Of a stretch of 64,000 nucleotides of DNA, positions 36,880 to 48,429 are shown piece after piece. The notes under the pieces were generated by a model that made no database searches, was not told where the DNA came from, and saw nothing but the letters and a program-made list of their open reading frames with translations. How positions within the stretch are numbered: the first letter of the stretch is position 1; each line of letters opens with the position of its first letter. The translations under genes and the position numbers were made by a program. This stretch comes from Octopus vulgaris (lineage: Eukaryota): contig OX597822.1 of assembly GCA_951406725.2 (NCBI GenBank), positions 69,812,001-69,876,000 of the forward strand, written 5' to 3'.

Positions 36880-37870
36880 TTATTTTAGGAGGTGGTAACC
36901 ACAAGACACACACCAGGCATTCCATTCATTTCTCAGCACAAAGAGGCAAGCCCTGTTCTATGCTTGGGTCAAATCATAGAATGCAACCCCCAATATCAGC
37001 AGAAGGGCCCAAGAGCATATGCTGGTTTAACCCTGGATCTGCTGCTTATCACTTCTGCCTTCATCACCCTCCTTACCATCCACTCCTCATCCATCCTCTC
37101 CATGTGGCCAAACCACATCAACATTTGTCTATCCATTTTCATTGTTTGTTTTTCTCTCATCCCTGCTCGCCTTTGTGCCTCCTCATTCCTCATCCTGTCC
37201 ATCCATGTCAAACCAACCATAGCCCTCAAACATCTCATCCCAAACACATCTAGTCACCTCCTCTTCACCTCTCTCAGCCCCCACATCTCTGCAACGTATA
37301 ACATTGATGGCACAATCACACCCTCATACACACCTCTTTTCGCTTTCATACTCAACCTTTTATCTCTCAGCATACCTTTCACAACTCCAAGTATCTTACT
37401 CCCCTCCTTCATTCTATATCCCACTTCCTCCCCATCTGCTGTCATATGTGACCCTAGATACTTAAAGTCACTCACCTCCTCTAATATCTCACCATTTAAA
37501 CCCACATCCATCCTACCAGCCATTCCATCTCTCAAACATTTCATCACCTTACATTCACTTTCAGTTTCCTACTCTCACACACTCTTCTAAACTCTACCAC
37601 CAGTCTCTTCAGTTGTTCTTCTGAATCCGCCACCAGTGCTGTATCATCAGCAAATAACAATTGTCTCACCTGCCATTTCTCTCCATTTTCTCCCACCATT
37701 TGAGCTCCCCTACCAAAAGTTCTAGCATTTACCTCTCTCACCACACCATCCATATATAAATTAAACAGCCACAGAGACATCACACAACCTTGTCTTTACC
37801 CCACCTTCACATCAAACCACTCATTTACTTCACCACTCACCCTAACGCACGCCCTACTTTCTCTATAAAG
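36880..37870 (-). mobile_element. RTE-clade LINE 3' fragment, second family
   Basis: Contains RQGCVMSLWLFNLYMDGVVREVNAR, QLLFADDTALVADSEEQL, LEEVSDFKYLGS and WFGHMERM, with frameshifts. Confidence 0.92.
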
Positions 37871-38483
37871 TTTGATTTTTATAGAGAATCAAATTAATGA
37901 CATCAGCAAAAAACTAACCAATGATGTTCAACGATCACACATCAGATCAACTGATGATGTCATCATTAAACTGACTAGTTCCGGTTGATGATTGTGATCA
38001 GTGAACCTGAATTTAAAGTCTCTGATAAAGGCCGTAAAATTTTGAGTACAGGTTAGACAGAATGCAGTTATGCATTCACAAGAAGTTCTTTTCAATATCA
38101 GTTGATATTTGACAATAAGTCTTGCCAAGTATGAGAAGTCTCCAACATGAAGGAGGACCTGAATTGCTAGTAGCTTAAAGGCTATGTAGCTATAGTAGAC
38201 AACACACACATTCCTCTCTCTCTCTCTCTCTCTCTCTCTCACATATCTTTATCTTTATCTTTCTTACCTTTTACTTGTTTCAGTCCTCATTAAACTGTGG
38301 CTCTGCTGGGGTGCTACCTTGAAGAATTTTGGCCAAATGAATCAACTACAGGACTTACTTTTTCTTTAAGATCAGTATTTATTCTACTGGTCTCTTTTGC
38401 TGAACTGCTAAGTTATGGGAATGTAAACACACCAACACTGGTTGTTAAGTGCTGGTGGGGGACAAACACAGACACAAAGACAC

Positions 38484-38526
<43 letters not shown>

Positions 38527-38530
<4 letters not shown>

Positions 38531-38648
38531 TAATTTAAGGTATCTAAGAGATACCACCACGCTGGAAATAGCAGCCAAAACTTAGAGTCAAGTTTTGGCT
38601 GCTATTTCCAGCGTGGTAGTATCTCTTAGATACCCTAAATTATAATTT
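38527..38648. repeat. Near-perfect ~120-bp hairpin within TA tracts
   Basis: attataatttaaggtatctaagagataccaccacgctggaaatagcagccaaaactt-(agagtc)-aagttttggctgctatttccagcgtggtagtatctcttagataccctaaattataat. Confidence 0.9.
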
Positions 38649-38830
38649 TAATAATAATTATTACCTTTCAAGGTTTTTATTCCCATGCTGGCCACCTGAT
38701 AAGATCGGTATTTAAATAACGATCTTATTCTTATTTATATATGTATGTATGTATATATATATATATATATATAATATAGAAATATTGAGTTTCTAAATCT
38801 CTCGTAGAGAGGTGTAAGGTGGTGGAGCGA

Positions 38831-39227
38831 TATAATGGTTGTATACTGTCAATCTAACAAGAACGTGACAGTAGGGGGTACACCACCGTTATATAGCCCT
38901 AGGAGGCATCAAACGCCTCCTGACAGCTTCGACACATTTTATCCTGTGTCCTTATATACACATACGAAGGGGAGACAAACACCCCCAACCGCCGGAACTG
39001 CATCTAGGGACACCGTGTTTCAGGATGAAGGACAATGATCCTGAAACACGGTGTCCCTAGATGCAGTTCCGGCAGTTGGGGGTGTTTGTCTCCCCTTCGT
39101 ATGTGTATATAAGGACACAGGATAAAATGTGTTGAAGCTGTCAGGAGGCGTTCGATGCCTCCTAGGGCTATATAACGGTGGTGTACCCCCTACTGTCATG
39201 TTCTTGTTAGATTGACAGTATACAACC

Positions 39228-39233
<6 letters not shown>
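38831..39233. repeat. ~400-bp near-perfect palindrome with hammerhead 3' half at the apex
   Basis: Arms are 38831-39026 and 39038-39233, with about four mismatches seen, all transitions at CpG. The apex reads GATGA-AGGA-caatga-TCCT-GAAAC-ACGGT-GTC-CCTAG. Confidence 0.93.
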
Positions 39234-39272
<39 letters not shown>

Positions 39273-39315
39273 ATATATATATTTCATTTTGAATTTGTGT
39301 GAATGAGTATAGAAT

Positions 39316-39577
39316 AATATATCAGTTGAATAAAGTTAAAACATGGTCTGGTTTTCAAGTTTTTTGCTATGGTATTTTAACATTAAAAAAAAATATTTTG
39401 AAATGCTCATAAAGTTAAATTAGCGCTTTCGTACATTTGAAATCTGATGATTACTCTATGTATGAAAGCACTAATTTAACTTTATAGGCATTAAAAACTT
39501 TTTTTTTTAATGTTAAAATACCATAATAAAAAACATGAAAACCAGACCATGTTTTAACTTTATTCAAATGATATATA
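39316..39577 (+). repeat. Fold-back inverted repeat (~120-bp arms) with a minimal hammerhead at the apex
   Basis: Apex 39440-39477 reads AAAT-CTGATGA-TTAC-TCTAT-GTAT-GAAA-GCAC-TA-ATTT. The inverted arm preserves GTAC-GAAA-GCGC-TA-ATTT. Confidence 0.85.
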
Positions 39578-39953
39578 TATGTATATATATGAGGCTTCTT
39601 TCAGTTTCCATCTACCAAATCAACTCACAAGTCTGTGGTCGGCCCAAGGCTGTAGTAAAAGACACCTGCCTAAAGGTGTCACACAGGCTAGATTGAGCCT
39701 TGAACCATGTGATTGGAAAACAAACTTCTTACCACACAACCACTCTCATGTTCAGTTCTATGGAACCAGTCAACAAACTAATCACTGTACATAAAGAACT
39801 TTCCATTACTCCTTCTGATAAATACCTGATGAATCAAAACCTTCAACTTGTCTCTTATTCACCCATCTACTCCCACACTTGTCCTTCATCTTTTTTTATT
39901 AAATTGGTGACAGAACATTTCTTATTCTTAAAGATAGATGCAATGGCACAAAC

Positions 39954-40066
39954 CTCATGACAGAATGGCACAGATATTTCTTTGAACTGTTTCGATGTTT
40001 TATTCTTCATTGCTGGGTGATAACGTACATTGAGCACATCCATGTGGAGATATGTGATGACCTCAC
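39954..40066 (-). CDS. TM-SEA-mucin gene, coding exon 3 (SEA N-terminal part)
   Basis: Acceptor ttttttgcacag and donor GAG|gtttgt, phase 1 to phase 0. Translates as EVITYLHMDVLNVRYHPAMKNKTSKQFKEISVPFCHE, fitting the SEA pattern N..Y...L.N..S..F. Confidence 0.82.
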
Positions 40067-40340
40067 CTGTGCAAAAAATGTAACGGGGCCATCAAAGCAA
40101 GGAAATATTTTAACATTATCAAAAACAACAATCAAGGTATTAATTACTAAAGAGGTAAAATTATAATTAAGTGATGTAAAAATATAGACCAATTATAATA
40201 ATAATCCTTTCTACTATAAAGGATGGCAGGAATAGTCAATTACATCAACCCCAGTACTCAACTGGTATATATTTTATCGACCCCGAAAAGATGAACGGCA
40301 AAGTTAACCTTGGTGGAATTTGAACTCAGAATGTAAAGAT

Positions 40341-40794
40341 CTTAATAATGGAAGGCAAGGTTTATGATATCGGAGGAATATCATCTTCTTCCATCATTCA
40401 TCTTGTTCTTTATGTAGTTCAGGCTTTCAGCAGGTGAGGAGAAAAGACTTCAAGTACAACTGCTATTTACAACTGGTTTATTTACAAGAAAGGTGAAGTG
40501 TACTGCTCTCAGCTACCATCTTAAGCTCCGTTAGTGTGGGTGCAAAATTGCCTCTGGAGATAGTCAGGCAGAAAAACTCTGCCAGCTTTGCTGTTTAGCC
40601 AATGCTGCTGTGTAATGGCGCCGAAGAAGAAGAGACGGGATTGAATCGGTTTTCCATCTACATCGTTTCCATCATGAGCCTTGTCTCTTATGCATGGCAA
40701 ATGGATGCAGGTGAGGTCTCGCTACAGTCTCGGAGATGGCAATGGCTGCCGCAAAATCTCATCCAATATGGCACTGGCTGCTTGTGCCGCTACA
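40341..40794 (-). mobile_element. Probable solo LTR, copy 2, inserted in a family B SINE
   Basis: Homologous to 16984-17419. TSD AGAT at 40337-40340 and 40795-40798. It splits a SINE into 40205-40340 and 40795-40860. Confidence 0.7.
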
Positions 40795-41441
40795 AGATGA
40801 ACAAAATGCCACTAAGCACTTTACCTGGCATGCTAATGATTCTGCCAACTTGCCACCTTCATCATTTATAGTAATAATAATAATAATATCACTCAGTACA
40901 TTCTGTGGAGTGGTTGGTGTTAGGAGGGGCATCCAGTTGTAGAACCCAAGCCAAAACAGACTATGGAACTTGATGCGACCCATAGCCTTGCCAGTTTCTG
41001 TTATGCCATCCAAGCCATGACAGCATGGAAAACAGACATTAAATGTTGAGGAGGAGGAGGATGAATGAACTTATTGTATACAGTGCTCAGGTGAACTACA
41101 GCTCATCAGAAAATGTAGCCCAAAGTGCATGAATAGCACCCAGAATAATACACAGGAAGTGAATGGTGAACAAATTGTTAAAAAAAAGGGTGGTGGTATC
41201 AGGTGTACTCTTACTGAATTTCGGGAAGCATGGAAGTTTTGAAGGATGTAGTGTCCCAACAGCTAACAACTGAGGCAGGTAGTTTATTCTATGCTTCACC
41301 TTTCCCTGTCAAAGATACCCTTCAATAAGTGGCTAATTATAATTACTACAATAATCATTACATTTGACAGAGTAATTTGAATGGTAAAGGGTTAAGCAGC
41401 TACAGCTATAAAGAAGGGATTTGTTTGGTGGAGCAACTTAC

Positions 41442-41694
41442 CATGTGTAAGGAAAACCATGATAAAAGTGATTGTGATAACCATGAGAGAGAATGACAGA
41501 ATTGAAACAGAAGCAATCCATTGTTTTCGGAGATTAGATTGTTGGAAAATATGTTCAGAAGAAACTGGAGCTGATGTTTCTGTAAGGCTTGAGCCTGCTG
41601 GTTCACCTTCAGCCTGAGTGATACAATCGGAATAATTGAGAAAGTCGAGCAAACTACTGGAGCGGACGACAGAGAATTCAATGGAACTGTCTTG
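41442..41694 (-). CDS. TM-SEA-mucin gene, coding exon 2 (cytoplasmic tail plus signal-anchor TM helix)
   Basis: Acceptor ttttctcctcatttag and donor G|gtaagt, phase 0 to phase 1. Ends LRKQWIASVSILSFSLMVITITFIMVFLTHG, with basic residues before the hydrophobic helix as expected for type II topology. Confidence 0.82.
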
Positions 41695-42222
41695 CTAAAT
41701 GAGGAGAAAACAAAAAAACAGACTTGATGAAACCATTAACTGAACATTGTTTGAATTTCGGGGTTTTGTGTCATTATTAAGTTTTGTGTGCACTCTGTGT
41801 GTGTGCGTGTGTGTCTGTGTGTGTGTGTATGTATGCATGTGTTTTTGTGTGCATCTGTGAAGAAAGGAAGTCTTGTATTTACAGAAGAGAAGGAATGGGA
41901 AGTTTTAACATTTATGATTTTTTTTTTCTCTAATGATATTAGTAGTGTCAATAAAGTGACTGAAACTGTTGACATATCAGACAATCATTCAATCCCAATT
42001 TGTTTTTATGTCACAGTATGTGATTGTCCATGGATCCATGCAGCTGACAAAGTCTAAAGAAGTAGAAATGCACACATCTAACATTCTCAGCATTGCTGTT
42101 GGGCGATTTTCATCAGCTACAAAAAATGTTTATGTTATATACCACAGTACATCCATAAGAAATGCTTTTGAAATTACACATAGCAGTGTTTCAGAATAGC
42201 TATCAGTACCTCAAAGAGAAAG

Positions 42223-42530
42223 TGGAGGCACATGGCCTAGTGGTTATAGCAGCGAACTCGCGGTCGAAGGATCGCGGGTTCGAATCTCAGACCAGGCAAT
42301 GTGTGTGTTTATGAGTGAAACACCTAAGCTTCACGCGGCTCCGGCAGAAGGTAATGGCAAACGTCTGCTGACTCTTTCACCACAACTTTCTCTCACTCTT
42401 TCCTCCTGCATCTTGCAGCTCACCTGTGACGGACTGACATCCCGTTCAGGTGGGGAACCTATACGCCAAGGAATCCCGGAAACCGGCCCTTATGAGCCAG
42501 GCATGGCTCGAGAAGGAACAAACAAACCTC
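42223..42530 (+). mobile_element. tRNA-derived SINE (family D)
   Basis: Head GGAGGCACATGGCCTAGTGGTTA...GGGTTCGAATCTC and an (AAC)n-like tail. Confidence 0.7.
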
Positions 42531-43912
42531 ATGGAGAAAGGGAAACGAATTAGGAGTGGGGTTTCTACTAAGATTTTTTAATATTCCTGTTTTTCATACA
42601 ATAGAAATTACTGGCCAATGACAGTGCCACGTGACTGACACCCATGCCAGTGGCACGTAAAAAGCACCATTCGAATGTTGAGCCTCATGGAGGCAGTGAC
42701 AGGTGACTGAGAGCTTTGGTGGTATACCATGCTTGAGAAGACCTGTCAAGCCAAGTGAGATCACAGTCATGGCCGATGCCAGCGTCACATAAAAAGCAGC
42801 CACTTCACTCTTGGAGTGGTTGGTGTTAGGAAGTGCATCTAAATGTAGAAACCATGCCAAATCAGACTGGAACCTGGTGGAGATCCCCAGCATACCAGTT
42901 CTATCAAATGAATGAATGAAAGACTATTTTCTTCCTAAAATTTGTGAGTGAATTTGGAAGATGGAAAGAGTGTGAAAGCCCATCATGTGTGTGTGTGCAT
43001 GCATGTGTGTGTGCCTTTGTGCTTGTATTTCTCCATCCCCACCCCTTGACAACCGGTGTTGGTTTGTTTATATCCCTGTAACTTAGCTGTTTGACAAAAG
43101 AACCAATAGAATAAGAACTAGGCTTACAAATGAATATTGGGGTTGATTTGTCTGATTAAACTCTTCAAGACAGTGCCCCAGCATGGTCGCAGTTCAATGA
43201 CTGAAACAAGTAAAAAACGAATGAACTTCACCAAAATTCCCTTGGTCAGCTCTCTCTTCCATTAGAATATGAAAAAAAAAATTCTTTTCTTCTCTAAGCA
43301 CAAAGCCTGAAATTCTTAGGGAGGGGGCCTGTCAATTTTGGTCTTGTTTAAAGCAGTGAACTGGCAGAATTGTTAGCATGCCAAACAAAATGCTTAGTGG
43401 CATTTCATCCATCTTAATGTTCTGAGTTCAAATTCCAAGAACAACTTTACCTTTCATCCTTTTAGGGCTAATAAAAGGATTACCTATTGAGCATTGGGTC
43501 AATGTAATCAAATTGCCTATCCCCCTAAATTGCTGGCCTTGTGCAAAAATTTCAAACCAATATTTATGCCATGTTCAAGGTGACAAGCTGGCAGAATCAT
43601 TATAGCATGCCAGGCAAATTACTTAGCATCATTTTGTCTGGCTTTATGTTCTGAGTTCAAATGTGGAACCAATATTTATGTCTTGTTTTTACAGTAAGTC
43701 AAGACCAAGATTCTCAATTGACCAAATATCGCCTCACATCCCTTATACCTTTGAGAAAAACTGAAAATGTCACATCTTCTTTCCTCTTTCTCACAAACTG
43801 TTTTTAACACATGACACTTACAAAGCTCTTGAAAACTTAAATGGCAAAAAAAAATGTTTTAATTGGAAAAGCTAAGAATGTACAATTCAAAGAAAATGAA
43901 AAATCTACTCAC

Positions 43913-43963
43913 CTGAGAAAATTCTTTTTCCAAACAAGTGCTGTCACTGAATTTAGATTCCAT
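43913..43963 (-). CDS. TM-SEA-mucin gene, first coding exon
   Basis: ACAACAATGG start with an in-frame upstream TGA. Encodes MESKFSDSTCLEKEFSQ and ends at donor CAG|gtgagt (phase 0). An upstream acceptor attttccag near 44030 implies a further 5'UTR exon. Confidence 0.7.
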
Positions 43964-45023
43964 TGTTGTAAAATTGGTTCATGTCCATATAGAAACAATC
44001 AATATCTGAACCATTTCCCAAAGTGTTTCTGGAAAATATGAAATTCAATATGCAATTATTGTGACTCTATTATAATTCCATTTCCATTCACATTTTAGTT
44101 GCTTATAAAAATATAAATCAATTCAGGTCTTGATTAAGATTTGGCACTGAAATATTTTAACTCTTTGGAAACGGAATATATATATTAATATTATACAGTG
44201 GGCCAGGGAAAGAATCTGGTTATTAAGTTAGGGGAAACAAGCACAAAAGAAAAGGTTCCAATATATGTGGCGAGCTGGCAGACACGTTAGCATGCCGGGC
44301 GAAATGCTTAGCCGTATTTCGTCTGTCGCTACGTTCTGAGTTCAAATTCCGCCATGGTCAACTTTGCCTTTCATCCTTTCGGAGTCGATTAAACAAGTAT
44401 CAGTTACGCACTGGGGTCGATATAATCGACTTAATCTGTTTGTCCATCCTTGTTTGTCCCCTCTGTGTTTAGCCCCTTGTGGGCAGTAAAGAAATAGGTA
44501 TTTCGTCTGTCTTTACATTCTGAGTTCAAATTCCGCCGATTAAAATCTTACACCAAAACTGCATATTAGTTTATGTTCCAAACACCAGCTTAATAATGAC
44601 AAAGTTACTTTACTAAAGTTTTCATTGTTTTCAAAAGAAGTGAGTTTCAACAGAAACGTGGCAATGAATGAGTTTTAAAGAATTACACCTAGAGTAGTCT
44701 CAAACATATGAATATGAATAATAATCACTGTATTGAACAGACTATCAGATATTATACACCGATGGTCACAATGCAATTCCTCACATAGTTGTAGCTTTCA
44801 AATGATGCCATCCTGCTGGCTTGGTGTGCAGGCCTATAGCATATAAGCAACTGGGATCCAAACATTCCCCTTAAATGGGACACCAGTCTGTCGCAGGGTT
44901 ACTTATTTGCAGTTGAGTGGACTGGTGCAACATGAAATAATGTGTTTTGCTCAAGAACACAATGCACATTCTGATCCAGGAATCAAAACTATGAGCCTAT
45001 GGTCGTGAGTGCAACACTGTAAC

Positions 45024-45179
45024 CCAGACATAGGCAACCTTTTACAAGAAGTGTCCTGCATTAGAAAAAGCTTGTCATCAGATGGGCTGCGCTACCAAAA
45101 GAAAAAAAAAGACTGAAGTTAAATTTTCACTAGGCATGCCATTTAGAAAGTTCCACAAGCCAAAGGTTGCCCATAACTG
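45024..45179. mobile_element. hAT-like MITE inserted in a family C SINE
   Basis: cagacataggcaaccttt ... aaaggttgcccataactg, interrupting the SINE at 44860-45205. Confidence 0.55.
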
Positions 45180-46258
45180 CCCCTAACCATTAGGCTGCAC
45201 ACCTTCACTCATATAATAATATCAAAAAATAAAAGAAAAATTTAGTCTATTCAGCATTTCTTTCTATTTAGGGTTAAAAAGGAAATATTTTTGCTATATA
45301 CAAATGATTAGATTGATTAGACCAAATGTTTGAGCTAAGTATTTGATCAATAAAATTTGACAAAAATCAACTATAAGGAAATAATCTTCAAAGTTATCCA
45401 TTGAAATGGTCAACTACTCATCTGGTATTTGTGATTTTGATTAAATATGATCTTTATGCATCAATAATAGCTCTGAAACAAGTACTTTGACCAAGCAAAA
45501 TCGATACTAAATATTTGGACAAGCATTTATATTTAAACAGCAATCTCTCATTGGTAGATTTGTTAACCAGCAACACCTTAGGAATGGTGATAATACAGGA
45601 AGTCTAGTATGTATGTAGTTGGGCCTTCTGTGCAGAAGGATAGAGGCCAGTTTCATATGAGCCACCACTTCCCAGAGGTTAAAATGGTTTGTGTAAAACC
45701 AACAACCCTACCTATGAGAAAAAATAAAGTTACAGAAGCATCGATGACAATTCAAAACCAACAAGACTTGAGAGAGGAAGGCTTTCACTTAGGTAGGGAA
45801 ATATATGATATCATGCAGCAAAATTCGAAAGGAAAAAAAAACTCCTGCTTCACTCCTCAGGCCTTGACTTGGAACTCACAAGGATGTAAAAGAGACAACA
45901 GCCTAAAAATAGCTGGAGGTGGGATACTCAGGTAGAGCTGAAAAAGCAGGGGTTGAAGGAGTGAATCAGAGAAGACAGCCCAGAGCCAAGGGCAGTGGAG
46001 AAAACTCCTTGACAGCCTCTGCTCTGAAAGGAACAAAGGACTTACGAAAAAAGAAACATGGTCTCACTTGATACAAATAAATTAAAGAGTGTATGTGTTG
46101 TTTTGTGTGTGTGTGTGCTAGTCTGTATGTAGTAGTGTAAAAATTATTATTCATTATAGTTTGTGCCAACAATTAAACTGCTAAGTTAAAAAACCCACTG
46201 GCCAAATACATCAGATGCTACATATCTGCAGATATCAAGTGCTCTATAGATCTATTAG

Positions 46259-46318
<60 letters not shown>

Positions 46319-46412
46319 ATATAGGGAGAATTCATGAAAAAAAACAAAAGACGAAGACAGGTGGTGTAGAAAACAAACAGGTGTATTAGTATAACGCTTG
46401 GGAATTGAAAAA

Positions 46413-46450
46413 GTCTTTTACGTTTCAATCCTATGCTCTTCCACAGAAAG
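46413..46450 (-). ncRNA. Degenerate hammerhead motif related to 2746-2778
   Basis: Minus strand reads UUU-CUGUGGA-A-GAGC-AUAG-GAUU-GAAAC-GU-AAAAG. The element starts right after a (TA)n tract. Confidence 0.35.
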
Positions 46451-48429
46451 GAACACAGAAAGAAACAAGGAGAGAAAAAATGTGTGTGGTGGCTACCGAT
46501 CTAAGTCCAGTGGACTCTAGTCCTTTCACAAGAATGAAATTTGATAAACTCACAACCAGTAAAAGCTCACAAGATGTGAATTAATTTAAAAAGAAAAACA
46601 TCATGGCTTAATTTTAAGATAGTGAAATCCAATAAACATTTCATACTCACAGTTTAATCTTATATATTCACTAAATAGCTAATTTCACAGTGACATTGAA
46701 AAATGCCTTTGTCTTTCAGAAAGAGACTTTTAATGAGCCACTTTTTTTATTTAGGAGAGTAAAATGGAATCCTATCCTGACATTTTCCAGAGCACAAAGT
46801 CAAAGCAGAGCCATGATGCTGATTATTTTTGTAATGGTGGTGAACCTGAGGAAAAATCTATATATCATGGACTGATGCATGTAAAATATGCACTTCAGTC
46901 GTGTGTGTGTGTGTGTGCATGTACATATGCACACGCACATGCACACACAGAGGAATCTAGCTAAAACAGAATCTTGCTACCCAGTTAACTACAAATGAGT
47001 TACATCAGCAGTTTCCTCTTCCCCTTCTTCCATATTCTACAAATAATTTTAAAAGGAAGAAAAAAGAAAATGTGAGAACAAGTTTGTTTCAGATCTGTTT
47101 TCAAAGTCTTCTTAAAGCTGTTAAATTTAATTTCCGTCTGACAGATAACAATGTTTTATAAAGACATTGTTTTAAAAGTTTCTTTGATTTTGATGTTTTG
47201 TTGGATTATTGTTTTTGTGGGAGAAAAAAGTTGTAAGTTTTAATTAGATTTTTACCTGCAGTAATTGACAATGGCTACACTTTCGTAGATAAGTAGTTAA
47301 GGATGTTTACGCAATGTTTCCAGTGTAAATTTCACTAAATGTGACACATTCCATCAAAACTTACAGGTATTTTATTTCCTTTATTTGTCAATCATACAAG
47401 GTAATGGAGTGACTCAATGGCCATGTAAGCAATATGACAACTTTTGCTTCAAGATATCCAAGTTCTTGTCTTCTCAACAGCTTTTTGCAGGCTAAATTTT
47501 TCAGTCACGTACTTAAAAAACTAAAATGGCTCAGAGTGCAATTGGAATTTGTTAAAGAACTGAATAGTTTGGTTTATAAATAGTGTACAATGCTGCTACA
47601 GTCCCCATAGGATGCTGTTGATGTCTAGCCCCAATTCGCAAGGAATCAAGCGGACCTATGTTCAAAGGATTCCCAGCTGTGCTGTGTGTGTGAAGTCTGT
47701 TAAATTTTAGTGGAATGATAAAATGGAGAATGTTGTAAAACAAATCATGTTGAATTTAAAATCTTAAGTATTTGTCCTTCCACTAACAGGGTGGGTAGTC
47801 ATGTTGAGACACATCTGGAACAAACTATATATTACTAGACTTGTGAGAGATGCAACTGTCCAGGCTGATAACACTCAATACATTTTGGAAAGTTGACAGT
47901 TTGCATTCCATCAGCATTACTGCTATGTTTTTATTGAGACATTCAACATCTAGTGGCAAAATAAACTTGCCTATTGTTGCTGATTCTAAGATGCATTTTA
48001 CCACAGCTAATCTCTTTGATGGAGCTGCAATCCTGAGGCACCTAACATCTGCAATTTTGTGAAGCAATAGTGGTCCTCTGCCATTTGGGTAATGTGGCTG
48101 GTAGAACAGCATTAGCATTCTGTAAGGGTATAGTGGTAGGGAAGAATGACGATGTTCTTGGGGAAACACCAGACTCCAACAGATAATCAATTACAGCTAA
48201 TTTCCATGAATTCATGGCCTGGCAGTATTTACAGTAGTGTAAAAATTTTGGTTTGAAATAAACACTACAAACACAAAAGTGTCCTCAGGCGCCCTGACCA
48301 AGATGTACAGAGTGGTGAAACCCCTTCTAAACACACTCATTTAGTGTCCAAACATTGCTGGCTTGTGAAGCTTTGTTGAAATGCAGTTGTTACATATAAA
48401 TTATGTCTGTCTTGAAGATGTGCAAACTA

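Noticed and set aside
38835-39229. Two near-identical ORFs on opposite strands (MVVYCQSNKN...)
   Set aside because: They are a by-product of the palindrome and show no protein features.
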